Virus record (IMG/VR): IMGVR_UViG_3300045988_136739
Strand: one strand, 5' to 3'
DNA length: 64,000 nucleotides
DNA from: a virus
This document shows positions 48,201 through 56,718 of this stretch, piece by piece. The position numbers and the translations under genes were made by a program. The notes under the pieces were generated by a model that was not told the origin of the DNA, made no database searches, and saw nothing but the letters and a program-made list of their open reading frames with translations. Position 1 is the stretch's first letter. Each line of letters starts with the position of its first letter.

Positions 48201-48406
48201 TGAAACAGCGTGAATCTGTTGAGCCTTGGGGCGTTATCATTGATGCGCAGTCCATTGGTTCTGGTAAGCGTAGTTCTTATACAGTTCCTTACAAACTGTA
48301 TAAGAAATGCAAGTTCAATAAGAATGATGTAATTAAGATTCGTGATTGGTATAAGAACAAGCGTGGTTACTTCTATATTACTGATTATGAATTTGTGGTT
48401 ATGTAA
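45215..48406 (+). CDS. dnaE: DNA polymerase III alpha subunit (DnaE-type, PHP domain N-terminus)
   Basis: HLHTMLSNAV...FSEHGN PHP motifs; 1063 aa co-linear with DnaE. Confidence 0.9.
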   Translation: MANYTVYHLHTMLSNAVTNIDSVTTYKQYIEKAKACGMTAMAFSEHGNIFEWVHKKDAIEAAGMKYIHAMEAYLTERIPDEGEEKIRDNYHCVLIARNWEGVKELNVLQGKAFNRVDGHYYYAPRITFAELFSTSNNIIITTACVASALCRGTESAKESYLRFLTRHKDRCFLEVQHHNTQKQFEYNRYLANLSKETGLRLIAGTDTHCLNAEHELGRSALQRGKGVFFDDEVGWDLTWKTYDELVEAYRTQDALSEEEYMSAINNTNVMADMIETFELDRSFKYAKIYDDGEKVLREKLFAPETIEPIIKEGFSREEVTARLEQEIDTFKALNATDFILLEDHIVRWEHSHDMWQGPARGSAASSLALYALGVTEVNPLKYGFYFWRFMDKSKYSLADVDMDNSAKDRDKLKFWMLNDHLDLPNVKTCEIITFNTIALKGAIRDIGRGLDMPLDEVDTIAKAVHEVAVDEEKIVTIDDSWRKKYPELFKYVDIVIGTIVSIGSHPSGVVVSDHDIESEFGLCYLKDDPYPVSCINMKELDSLNFTKQDALGLDNVGIINETCKLAGIERLSPKTIDFEDDAVWNSIKEDTSLIFQMNSNYGQRTVDKMLSPEVYNKIKKQIPNMTRLDLLTFINALIRPCGKGVYDDATNGIVSKTGIKEIDNLLGSSMGYAIMQEPQMAFVQEFCGYDFLRADKLRKIIGKKLGTRDQLPIIKEGWEKNAKVKYHLTDEQSDKIINPFLQCILDATRYSFSLVHSLSYSCISYECAYLRYHYPLQYLTSCLNAWNGDDNKTAEAIEYANSRKVKILAPKFRHAKAEYFYDLATNSIYKGTSSIKGLNAGYSDFLYSLKDNTYKTFTDLLYDIQASGMPRDQVETLIKLDYFEEFGTCRELVTIFKQFQFFKKGEAKTIAKSKIPDEITMNIIKRNANETEKQFNKLNCHNILNEIEQYIMTMNLGDVDIKTKIANQLEYMGYIGIKTDKSEDRPKIVILEMKVMKQRESVEPWGVIIDAQSIGSGKRSSYTVPYKLYKKCKFNKNDVIKIRDWYKNKRGYFYITDYEFVVM

Positions 48407-48417
48407 GGAGATGTTTT

Positions 48418-48654
48418 ATGTGGTTACTTTGTAGCGTATCAGATAATGAGCTTTTTGCTCCAATTGTTTGTAGCTCTAAAGAGATTGCGTTAAGAAAGAT
48501 GGATTGGAACGTCAATCTTATCCTTAATGATTTAGATAATGAAAATGTTGATTATGATACGCATGTTGGTTCTGATGGGTTAAGCTATCAGATTGTATGT
48601 GACGACAATGTTTGGACTTGGAAGATTTTCCATTTGAAAATGAAGGTGGCGTAA
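48418..48654 (+). CDS. hypothetical protein
   Basis: ORF with AAGGAG RBS. Confidence 0.5.
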   Translation: MWLLCSVSDNELFAPIVCSSKEIALRKMDWNVNLILNDLDNENVDYDTHVGSDGLSYQIVCDDNVWTWKIFHLKMKVA

Positions 48655-48655
48655 A

Positions 48656-48919
48656 ATGAAGGTAGAAATTTCTTACGATAAGATTGAGACGCTTGATGGG
48701 AAAAAGGTGAAACTTGACGTTGACAAGATTCTGTCACGTAAGTTGTCTGTTGCAGATAGATTTAGAAAGTTCTTGCTAAAGAATAGGGATGTTGTGTTTA
48801 CTGCGGTTGACACAAAGAAGGGTACTAAGTTTACTGGTATTGCTTACGAACTAGCAGAAGACAGCTCTCCTGTCAAGTGGTTATTTTATACCGATGATTT
48901 AATTGCTATCGAGGAGTGA
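48656..48919 (+). CDS. hypothetical protein
   Basis: ORF. Confidence 0.5.
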   Translation: MKVEISYDKIETLDGKKVKLDVDKILSRKLSVADRFRKFLLKNRDVVFTAVDTKKGTKFTGIAYELAEDSSPVKWLFYTDDLIAIEE

Positions 48920-49422
48920 TTTTTATACATAAGGTTATTGTTATCAATGGTATGCCGAGAAGTGGTAAAGATACCTTTGTGTCGCTTGTAAGTAAATATG
49001 CTACAACTACTAATTTTTCAAGCGTTGACTTCGTAAAAGATGTAGCGCGGTTCGCTGGATGGAATGGCGAGAAAGACCCAAGGTCGCGTTTGTTTCTCAG
49101 TAAGCTAAAGGAACTGCTTGCTGAATATGACGATATCCCATATAAGAAAATTGCAGAAGAGATTCACTGGTTTAAAAACCAGCCAGAACAGGAGCTTCTG
49201 TTTATACATATCAGAGAGCCGGGGGAGATTGCACGTATTGTGAGAGACTTCGGTGCAATGACAGTTTTAGTTAAACGTTCCAACAATCAGCAAGTTGTAT
49301 CTAATGATTCTGATAAATACACGGAGTCTTATAATTACGATTTCGTTTTGAATAATGATAGTGACCTTGATGCTCTAGATGCAAAAGCAAGAGGTTTTGT
49401 AAACTATTTAAAAAGAGGCTAA
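48916..49422 (+). CDS. deoxynucleoside monophosphate kinase (T4 gp1-like P-loop)
   Basis: VIVINGMPRSGKDT resembles T4 dNMP kinase GVKRSGKDT. Confidence 0.55.
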   Translation: MIFIHKVIVINGMPRSGKDTFVSLVSKYATTTNFSSVDFVKDVARFAGWNGEKDPRSRLFLSKLKELLAEYDDIPYKKIAEEIHWFKNQPEQELLFIHIREPGEIARIVRDFGAMTVLVKRSNNQQVVSNDSDKYTESYNYDFVLNNDSDLDALDAKARGFVNYLKRG

Positions 49423-49433
49423 GGAGTATAACG

Positions 49434-49946
49434 ATGGTTAAGTTTGAAAAGATTAGTTATGAGCAGTTTGAAAAAGATTATGTCGCAATTTTCGGTGATG
49501 AAATTGAAAAGGGTTGTATCAAGAATATCTATGATAATTTGAGACTTCCGAGACGTAGCACTACAGGCTCTTGCGGTTATGATTTCTTTAGTCCATTCGA
49601 GTTCATTCTTGAAGAGCCTAACGCAGAGCTTATTATTCCAACTGGTATCCGTGCGATTATGGACGATGATAAGTTTTTGATGATTGCACCTCGTAGTGGT
49701 CTTGGCACTAGGCACTATATGCGTCTTGCCAATACTATCGGTATCGTAGACAGTGACTATTCTAAGTCTGATAACGAAGGTCATATCTTTATTAAGTATC
49801 GTCTTGAAAATCACAACTCTGATAGTGTAAATGTAAAAACTGGAATGGCTATTGCACAGGGTATCTTTATGAATTATCTAAAGACGAATGACGATGATGC
49901 GGACGGTGTTCGTAATGGTGGATTCGGTAGCACTGACAAGAAATGA
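49434..49946 (+). CDS. dut: dUTP diphosphatase
   Basis: RSGLG, GIVDSDY, GGFGSTD motifs. Confidence 0.75.
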   Translation: MVKFEKISYEQFEKDYVAIFGDEIEKGCIKNIYDNLRLPRRSTTGSCGYDFFSPFEFILEEPNAELIIPTGIRAIMDDDKFLMIAPRSGLGTRHYMRLANTIGIVDSDYSKSDNEGHIFIKYRLENHNSDSVNVKTGMAIAQGIFMNYLKTNDDDADGVRNGGFGSTDKK

Positions 49947-49955
49947 GGTAATTTA

Positions 49956-50417
49956 ATGCTAAAAGAAAAGATAAGGTCTGCTCCACCGGATGTTGAACGT
50001 TTATACGCTATGACACCAAAAGATTTTGTTATGCGGTGTTGCGTTCCGTGGCAAGGCGCAGAGGTCGATTTTCCAGAATTTAACAAATATGGATATACAG
50101 TGACTGGAATTTATGAGAAGTGGCATTGGTATACTGTCGCTGATGTTACACACAATCCAAATGGTGAATACGATGTTATTGATAATGTGACACCAGAAGA
50201 AGCATATAAGATGGTTGCTCTTACAACTGCCTATTGGCAACCTATGCACAATAAGCAGTCTAAAGAATATCAGGAATACGAACGGCTTGACATGATTCGC
50301 AGACTGTTTATGCGTCATCCAGAACAGAGGGCTGAATATTTCAAAGAATGCCCAGACGAAAAAGACGTATATTATAAGAGATTCCCGGAGGAAAAGGAAC
50401 TATATGAAACTGAGTAA
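49956..50417 (+). CDS. hypothetical protein
   Basis: ORF. Confidence 0.5.
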   Translation: MLKEKIRSAPPDVERLYAMTPKDFVMRCCVPWQGAEVDFPEFNKYGYTVTGIYEKWHWYTVADVTHNPNGEYDVIDNVTPEEAYKMVALTTAYWQPMHNKQSKEYQEYERLDMIRRLFMRHPEQRAEYFKECPDEKDVYYKRFPEEKELYETE

Positions 50418-50964
50418 TTTCTTTTTACATTTAAAGAAAATTCTTGTTCATAAGTATTGGGTATTTTACTTCTGTTGTAAGGCTGGTATTCCTTGGCAGG
50501 GAATTACCCATGACCTTAGTAAATTCTCACCAGTCGAGTTTTGGGAAAGCGTAAAGTATTATCAGGGTAATAGAAGCCCTATTGACGCTTGTAAGGAAGA
50601 GAATGGTTACTCTATGGCGTGGCAACACCATAAAGGACGCAACCCGCATCATTATGAGTATTGGCAAGATAACTTTGATAAAGGTGGGGAACCGTTAAAG
50701 ATGCCATATAAATATGCACTTGAAATGGTATGTGATTATCTTGGTGCAGGACGAGCATATATGGGCAAATCTTTTACATTAGAGAAAGAATGGCAATGGT
50801 GGCTTGGCAAGTGCTCCAAGCCTATTGCGATGCACCCACAAACTAAGAAGTTTGTAAATAGTATGCTTTGGGAGATTAAAGAAGATAATTCTTATGACGC
50901 ACTGAAAGACTATTCACGTGCGATTTATGATAGTGCAAATATTGATACTGAGGTGGTTTTTTGA
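50404..50964 (+). CDS. hypothetical His-rich protein (possible metal-dependent hydrolase)
   Basis: HDLSKF...HHKGRNPHHYEYW. Confidence 0.4.
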   Translation: MKLSNFFLHLKKILVHKYWVFYFCCKAGIPWQGITHDLSKFSPVEFWESVKYYQGNRSPIDACKEENGYSMAWQHHKGRNPHHYEYWQDNFDKGGEPLKMPYKYALEMVCDYLGAGRAYMGKSFTLEKEWQWWLGKCSKPIAMHPQTKKFVNSMLWEIKEDNSYDALKDYSRAIYDSANIDTEVVF

Positions 50965-51749
50965 TTGATGTCAAATCTTATGTTTAGAAGCGAAAGACGG
51001 ATGTACAAGATTATTTATCTAAAATAAAGCCGTCGAGGGATACACTCGTAATAATCCAGTTTGGAGACAATCCGGCAAGCAATGCTTATGTAAATGGAAA
51101 GATACGTGATTGCGAAGAAGTTGGATTGCGCACGATAATATATAAACTTCCAGTAGATACGGAATATGCAGAAGCGTTGAGAATTTTAATAATGTCGCAA
51201 GAAAATTCAAAGGTCGCTGGTGTTATAGTTCAGTTGCCTGTTCCAGAACATCTAAAAGGAATTGCGACACATATTAAACCAGAGTTTGATGTTGATGGTT
51301 TTTTACCTAATACTAAGTTCGTCCCTGCAACTCCAAAAGGGGTAATTGAGTTATTGGACAACGAACTCAATTATAATTTTGTTGGAAAAGTTTGTACAGT
51401 AATTGGTAAAAGTCATATAGTAGGCGAGCCATGTGCAAATTTAATTAAGGGGCGTGGGGCAACAGTAATTTGGTGTGATAGTCATACAGTTGATTTAAAA
51501 AAATGGTGTTTACAATCAGATTTAATTGTGACAGCTACTGGTAGACCGGGACTAATTACACCAGATATGATTAGGCCAGAAACTGTAGTGATTGATGTCG
51601 GGATTACTCGTGGTGGTGATGGTAAGTTGTGCGGTGATGTTGATAAGTCTTGTTACTCTGATGATGCGCTAATTACACCAGTACCCGGTGGCGTAGGACT
51701 TCTTACACGAGTTGCATTACTTGAAAATTTAGTATATGAGGTGAAATGA
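50961..51749 (+). CDS. folD: bifunctional methylene-THF dehydrogenase/cyclohydrolase FolD homolog with in-frame TAG at 50985-50987
   Basis: TTG start overlapping upstream TGA with GAGGTGG RBS; N-terminal MIDVKSYV-[TAG]-KRK...LVIIQFGDNPASNAYVNGKIRDCEEVG aligns with FolD KIIDGK...LAVILVGDNPAS; C-terminal VIGKSHIVGEPC...PVPGGVG. Confidence 0.7.
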
Positions 51750-52117
51750 TGACAGTAACACAGGAACACATAAATAATCTGCTCGATACAGCGGAAGTAA
51801 AAGAAATTGTCGTATTTGATAAGTGTTTGATTTGCGCTTACAAGTTGGAGAACGACTTCGTGATTGTTGAATCAAGCGCATGTGTTGACCCAAAGAATTT
51901 TGACTTAGATGTTGGTCGAAAGATTTGTCGTGAACACGTTGAGAGCAAACTCTGGGAACTTGAAGGCTATGTGCTTCAGCAGAAGGCTGCTAAAGCCACC
52001 CAGAGACGTTCCCCGGAGGCTGTAAAGAAATCCATCGAGGAATTGTCCCCGGAGGCTAGAGCTGTCTATGAGACGCTATTAGGTCAGCTCAAGGAAAAGT
52101 ACCCTGTGAATATCTAA
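51746..52117 (+). CDS. hypothetical protein
   Basis: ORF. Confidence 0.5.
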   Translation: MMTVTQEHINNLLDTAEVKEIVVFDKCLICAYKLENDFVIVESSACVDPKNFDLDVGRKICREHVESKLWELEGYVLQQKAAKATQRRSPEAVKKSIEELSPEARAVYETLLGQLKEKYPVNI

Positions 52118-52134
52118 AAATTTTCTGAAACCCC

Positions 52135-52163
52135 TTGACAAATCAAGGGGTTTCTGTTATACT
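52135..52163 (+). promoter_or_regulatory. AAACCCCTTGACA-17-TATACT promoter overlapping terminator-like hairpin aaaccccttg/caaggggttt
   Basis: consensus family. Confidence 0.6.
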
Positions 52164-52193
52164 ATAGGTAGTAAATTTTAGGAGGCTATTGCC

Positions 52194-52370
52194 ATGACTC
52201 ATGTAACCGATGCTGAACGCTATCTGGCAGAATTGAAAAGTGCAATGGACTACTACGGCAATGTGCTCGATAAGCAGCCCGGCAGTAACCATGACGCATA
52301 CGTTAAGTATGATGTTGCACGATGCCAGTATAACGCCGCAAAGAAAATGATGGAACTTATGAAGAGGTAA
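52194..52370 (+). CDS. hypothetical small protein (58 aa, not in ORF track)
   Basis: ATG with AGGAGG RBS directly after promoter. Confidence 0.5.
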   Translation: MTHVTDAERYLAELKSAMDYYGNVLDKQPGSNHDAYVKYDVARCQYNAAKKMMELMKR

Positions 52371-52373
52371 AAT

Positions 52374-52646
52374 ATGATTGTAGAGAAAACCTTTATTGAT
52401 GCTATCAACTACGCGAAAAAGAGTGGCGTTATGATTCGGCCAGAATACTGGAGCCTTTGGATTCGGTATGTTAAGTCTAAAGGTGGATTTTTCTGGTGTG
52501 ATAAAAATGGTGGAATCACCCAAGACCGTGGCCTCGATAAGAGCGTAGTGGTCTGTGATAAAATTCTTGATGTTACCAGATGGGAGTTTATGTGTGATGA
52601 GCTTGTTGATGATACGGAGGACAGCAATGACAGAAACCGAGTATAA
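52374..52646 (+). CDS. hypothetical protein
   Basis: ORF. Confidence 0.45.
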   Translation: MIVEKTFIDAINYAKKSGVMIRPEYWSLWIRYVKSKGGFFWCDKNGGITQDRGLDKSVVVCDKILDVTRWEFMCDELVDDTEDSNDRNRV

Positions 52647-52836
52647 TCAGCTCGTTTTAGATTTGGCAAACGAGTCGGAAGATACGCTGTATTTTATGTT
52701 CAGAAATTCTATTCGTCAGATTAAATTCACAAATCCTTATGAAAATGATTATCACTACGTTGTCGCGCGACATAACGCAATTTGTGAGGCGTTTAAGAAA
52801 AAAACTGGACATAACATTTTGGAGGACTTTTGCTGA
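52627..52836 (+). CDS. hypothetical protein
   Basis: ATG overlapping upstream gene. Confidence 0.4.
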   Translation: MTETEYNQLVLDLANESEDTLYFMFRNSIRQIKFTNPYENDYHYVVARHNAICEAFKKKTGHNILEDFC

Positions 52837-53498
52837 TGATTAACGTAGGAAATGATTGGCAACCGTTCTTTGACACAGAACAGCAAAAACCATTTTATAA
52901 GAATCTAAAGAGATTTCTTGCACAGGAATATGCGACAAAGACGATATATCCACCGATGCAAGACATTTTTAAGGCGTTTGAATTAACGCCTATACATAAT
53001 ACAAAAGTGGTAATAATCGGTCAAGATTGTTACCACGGCGAAGGACAAGCTATGGGATTGTCATTTTCTGTAAGAAATGGTGTATACCCAACACCGCCAT
53101 CTTTGAAGAATATCCAAAAGGAACTCAATTCAGAGACTGTTGAGCGTAGTGAATGGTCGCAAGATTTGACAAGGTGGGCAGAACAAGGTGTATTGCTGTT
53201 AAACACGATTCTTACAGTTAGACAGCACGAACCTCTTTCACACGCAAATCAGGGTTGGGAAATACTGACCGATGACGCAATTAAAGAGCTAGAGAAATAT
53301 GACCAACCTATCATTTACTTATTATGGGGCAAGAATGCCGGGTCTAAAAAGAATCTAATTACAAATCAAAATCATAAATTCCTAGAATCTGCGCATCCGT
53401 CACCGCTAAGTGCAAACCGTGGCTTCTTTGGTAACGGTCACTTCGCAAAAGCGAATAAGTTTTTGATTGAGAATGGCTTAGAGCCAGTAAGGTGGTAA
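52830..53498 (+). CDS. ung: uracil-DNA glycosylase (family 1)
   Basis: GQDCYHGEGQAMGLSFSV and HPSPLS motifs. Confidence 0.85.
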   Translation: MLMINVGNDWQPFFDTEQQKPFYKNLKRFLAQEYATKTIYPPMQDIFKAFELTPIHNTKVVIIGQDCYHGEGQAMGLSFSVRNGVYPTPPSLKNIQKELNSETVERSEWSQDLTRWAEQGVLLLNTILTVRQHEPLSHANQGWEILTDDAIKELEKYDQPIIYLLWGKNAGSKKNLITNQNHKFLESAHPSPLSANRGFFGNGHFAKANKFLIENGLEPVRW

Positions 53499-53502
53499 TT
53501 CT

Positions 53503-54018
53503 ATGAAGTATATGGGAAGCAAGGCAAGAATTGCAAAAGACATTTGCCCGATTATTCAGTCGTTTATTGACAAGAGTGGCGCATACGTGTATATCGAAGG
53601 ATTCGTTGGCGGCGCAAACGTAATTGATAAAATCAACTGCGATATACGTCATGGAATTGATAAGAATAAATATCTTATTGCACTTTTGAAATATGTTGCC
53701 AATGGTGGCGAATTACTTGGTAGAGTGTCTAAAGATACGTATACTGAAGTAAAACAGAATAAAGATAATTACCCGGACTGGCTTGTTGGTAATGTTGGAT
53801 TTCTTGCATCTTACAACGGTAAGTTCTTTGATGGCGGTTATGCAAACACCGTAATTGAGCATACTAAATACGGTGATAAAGTCCGTGACTATTATCAAGA
53901 AGGAAAGAGAAATCTTGAACAGCAAGCACCGAATCTAAAGGATGTTATCTTTACGTCAGGTGATTTTCTCGAATTATGGAAGAGCTTCGGTGGTCAAAAG
54001 GAAGTAGTTTTTTATTAA
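53503..54018 (+). pseudogene. N-terminal two-thirds of a second Dam-like DNA adenine methyltransferase, truncated exactly at motif IV (ends ...VVFY)
   Basis: KYMGSKARIA motif I; ends where paralog 39932 has VVYLDPPY. Confidence 0.7.
54003..54016. repeat. left 14-bp inverted repeat agtagttttttatt
   Basis: perfect inverse of 54257-54270. Confidence 0.85.
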
Positions 54019-54256
54019 ATATACTCCAAAGCTTTACCAATTACAAATAGCTTCTCGGTAGGATATTCACGACCAGTTGCGCTGATTGTTCTTGCAACTT
54101 TCTTTTCCCAAATACAAGTAAAATCATCTGGCATCCATTGTTCACTAACGATGACGATGTTGTTCTTACTAAGTTCCCTGCAAATATCATAGAATTTATC
54201 GTAATCAAATCCCTTTGATACATCATACTTTGTGGTATTTAAGTAAGGAATATCAA
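54017..54256 (-). mobile_element. 240-bp invertible segment encoding, on the minus strand, the C-terminal third of the Dam-like MTase (FDIPYLNTTKYDVSKGF...KLFVIGKALEYI)
   Basis: reverse complement translates to the homolog of the Dam 39932 C-terminus; inversion fuses in-frame to 53503..54016. Confidence 0.7.
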
Positions 54257-54270
54257 AATAAAAAACTACT
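54257..54270. repeat. right 14-bp inverted repeat aataaaaaactact
   Basis: perfect inverse of 54003-54016. Confidence 0.85.
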
Positions 54271-54290
54271 ATTATTAAAGGAGTAAAAAT

Positions 54291-54590
54291 ATGGACGATT
54301 TTGAAAAGAAGATGCTATCTAAGATTGATAGCGGTGAGTCACTTACAAGTAACGAGTTAAGTAAACTTGTATATGATTATGACATCGACACGCAGGAAGG
54401 TGACGATGGACGATGGGTAAGAGGAATGTATACAGTTGTTGAACTCGGTGAGCGATACTTTGGAATTGATTGGTTTAAGGGTTTAACAGAGTGTCAGGAG
54501 AACGAATTTGATTTTCAGCCAGAAGAGGTTGAGAGACACGAGAAGGTAATTACCGTTACAGAGTGGTTGCCTATTAAGAGAGGTAATTGA
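54291..54590 (+). CDS. hypothetical protein
   Basis: ORF with AAAGGAG RBS. Confidence 0.5.
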   Translation: MDDFEKKMLSKIDSGESLTSNELSKLVYDYDIDTQEGDDGRWVRGMYTVVELGERYFGIDWFKGLTECQENEFDFQPEEVERHEKVITVTEWLPIKRGN

Positions 54591-54880
54591 TTATGCCCGA
54601 AAGAGTAAATTTAGGTTCTGTTGAACCCGGAACACTATTCAAATTTAAAGGCGAATATTATCTTCGGATTGTAACACATCCGTATGTTTGCAACTGTATT
54701 AAAATGGGCGAGTTTGATATTTGTGAACTCGCACCCGGACTTTTAGTTGAAAACGGCGAGAATTATCAACTTAACCCAGAGCTATTTGCTATGCTCTGCT
54801 ATCCGGGCGATATGCAAGAAATGGTAGATGTTTGGCAGAAACACCTAAAAGAAGTCGAAAATAAAAGTTCGGAGGGTTAA
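54587..54880 (+). CDS. hypothetical protein
   Basis: ORF. Confidence 0.5.
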   Translation: MIMPERVNLGSVEPGTLFKFKGEYYLRIVTHPYVCNCIKMGEFDICELAPGLLVENGENYQLNPELFAMLCYPGDMQEMVDVWQKHLKEVENKSSEG

Positions 54881-54881
54881 T

Positions 54882-55211
54882 ATGGTGAGAGTATTTATTA
54901 GCCAGCCGATGCGAGGTAAGACAAGCGAACAGATTCGCACCGAACATAATGAGTGGGCAGATAGACTAGGTAAGTTATCTAATGAGGAGATTGAAGTAAT
55001 GGATACAATCTTCGATGATTTAGATAATGAAGACCCAGCAACGCCATTAAAGTGTCTTGGAATGTCGCTCTATATGATGGCAGATGCAGATATTGTAGTA
55101 TTCTTACCCGGATGGTCTGGTGCTCGTGGTTGTAAAATTGAGCACGAGTGTGCTGTAGCTTATAAAAAGAAGATTATTGATTACGATAACTGGGATGATT
55201 TGGAGGTATAA
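54882..55211 (+). CDS. nucleoside 2-deoxyribosyltransferase-like protein (DUF4406-type)
   Basis: DADIVVFLPGWSGARGCKIEHECAVAYKKKI resembles NDT-like fold. Confidence 0.4.
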   Translation: MVRVFISQPMRGKTSEQIRTEHNEWADRLGKLSNEEIEVMDTIFDDLDNEDPATPLKCLGMSLYMMADADIVVFLPGWSGARGCKIEHECAVAYKKKIIDYDNWDDLEV

Positions 55212-55213
55212 AT

Positions 55214-55474
55214 ATGGCAACAAAGGTAAATGTTGTTTTAGATTCAGATAACAAAAAAGTAAGATTTGAAGATGTATCAGTCGGTGGCGTCTTTGAATAT
55301 GAAGGCGCTTACTATATGCGAATTAAACCGCAGTTTGGTGTTAATTCTTTAAAGGTATACTCGCCGAAGTCTGAGACAGATGAAGCCACAGACAGCGATG
55401 TATTTACTACGGTTTTGTTCCCTTTTAAGAGCGAAGTTATTCCACATGATTCTACTTTAAATATTGAGGTATAA
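55214..55474 (+). CDS. hypothetical protein
   Basis: ORF. Confidence 0.45.
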   Translation: MATKVNVVLDSDNKKVRFEDVSVGGVFEYEGAYYMRIKPQFGVNSLKVYSPKSETDEATDSDVFTTVLFPFKSEVIPHDSTLNIEV

Positions 55475-55476
55475 TA

Positions 55477-55959
55477 ATGACTAAGAAAAATAGTAATCCT
55501 GTTGCAAATTTTAATATGCCTAGCAAGATGAGTTCGAGTGATATGTTTATGGCTATTTGCGATAAGAATATGGGAGTATCACAGACTGATGCTTGCTTTA
55601 AAAAGACTGGGAGATTTAAAACGAATTTTAATGGTGACTTACTGATTGATGGCGAAAAGAAGCATCTTGATGTGAACTTTGAAAGAAAAGTGAAAAATCC
55701 CACTACAACAGTTTCCATTACGAAGAACTCTGCCGAAATCGGCAATCCTTATTTGGCAGCTTTACAGGCAACTATATGGGTGGTCTGGGGAATTATTTGT
55801 AAATACACAGCCAATGGATATGATACCACTATTGGTGACGCAGACATTGAGTATACAAAACTTGAAAATGGCGAATACGACGTAAAGGCTATTGTTAATT
55901 GTGCTCTTGTAAAGGACGGTGTTAGAATCAATGAATGTGGAACTGATAAACGTAGATGA
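55477..55959 (+). CDS. hypothetical protein
   Basis: ORF with GAGGTA RBS. Confidence 0.5.
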   Translation: MTKKNSNPVANFNMPSKMSSSDMFMAICDKNMGVSQTDACFKKTGRFKTNFNGDLLIDGEKKHLDVNFERKVKNPTTTVSITKNSAEIGNPYLAALQATIWVVWGIICKYTANGYDTTIGDADIEYTKLENGEYDVKAIVNCALVKDGVRINECGTDKRR

Positions 55960-56635
55960 GGCTAAAAATGTTTGGAAAACATGGTCTGAAGTTGCATCGG
56001 TCTGTTATGATTCCAAGGTAAAAAATCCAGAGGTTATAGGTAAGCATTGTTTTTTGTCTGGGCATTTTTCTGGGAGTCGTGGCGTGTACTTCATCTTTAA
56101 AATTACAGACTGTCCTCGTTTTGTGATTGACCAGCTAGTGAGGCATGAAACAGGCGTTTTCAAAAATGTTCAGAGCTTTAGATATGTGAACAAGAATAAT
56201 TTTGGTTATCAGATTCCGATTGAAATTAAGGATAATCCAGAATTACTCAATAAATATAATGAACACATGGCTAAAACTGTCGAACTTTATGATGAGATTG
56301 ACGGGTATGTTAAATCTAAGGGTAGACCTAAAGAACGCGCAAACGAACAGGCGCGATACGTATTGCCAATGAGTACGTATTCCGCTGTTTGCATTGGATT
56401 TACACTTGAAGCACTCATTCATTATATGGGATTGCGACTTTGTACGAGAACCGAAGAGGTTCATCGAGAATTAGCATCTAAGATGCGTTACGCTGTATGC
56501 GATGCAATCCCAGATATTGGCGGCTATCTCGTTCCTCAGTGCGATAGACTGTTGTACTGCCCGGAATCCAAATGTTGTGGTAGGCATCCAAAGAAAAGCG
56601 ATGTAGAAAAAATGCTTTACTCTACTGAAGTGTAA
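55931..56635 (+). CDS. thyX: flavin-dependent thymidylate synthase (ThyX-like)
   Basis: LVRHETGVFKNVQSFRYV approximates ThyX RHRxxSxxxxSxRY motif; size and context with dUTPase/FolD. Confidence 0.55.
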   Translation: MNVELINVDEAKNVWKTWSEVASVCYDSKVKNPEVIGKHCFLSGHFSGSRGVYFIFKITDCPRFVIDQLVRHETGVFKNVQSFRYVNKNNFGYQIPIEIKDNPELLNKYNEHMAKTVELYDEIDGYVKSKGRPKERANEQARYVLPMSTYSAVCIGFTLEALIHYMGLRLCTRTEEVHRELASKMRYAVCDAIPDIGGYLVPQCDRLLYCPESKCCGRHPKKSDVEKMLYSTEV

Positions 56636-56661
56636 TATTGAAAATTTTACCCGGAAAGCCC

Positions 56662-56690
56662 TTGACTTTTCCGGGTATTTTTGCTATAAT
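56662..56690 (+). promoter_or_regulatory. AAAGCCCTTGACT-17-TATAAT class promoter overlapping hairpin cccggaaa...ttccggg
   Basis: consensus family. Confidence 0.6.
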
Positions 56691-56718
56691 ATAGTTACGG
56701 AATGGAGGTTAGATTGAT

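Noticed and set aside
50961-51030. -1 programmed frameshift to join a short MYKIIYLK ORF to the FolD body
   Set aside because: The FolD frame itself extends upstream to a TTG start with a strong RBS and a conserved IDVK motif, interrupted only by TAG. Readthrough of TAG explains the data better than a frameshift.
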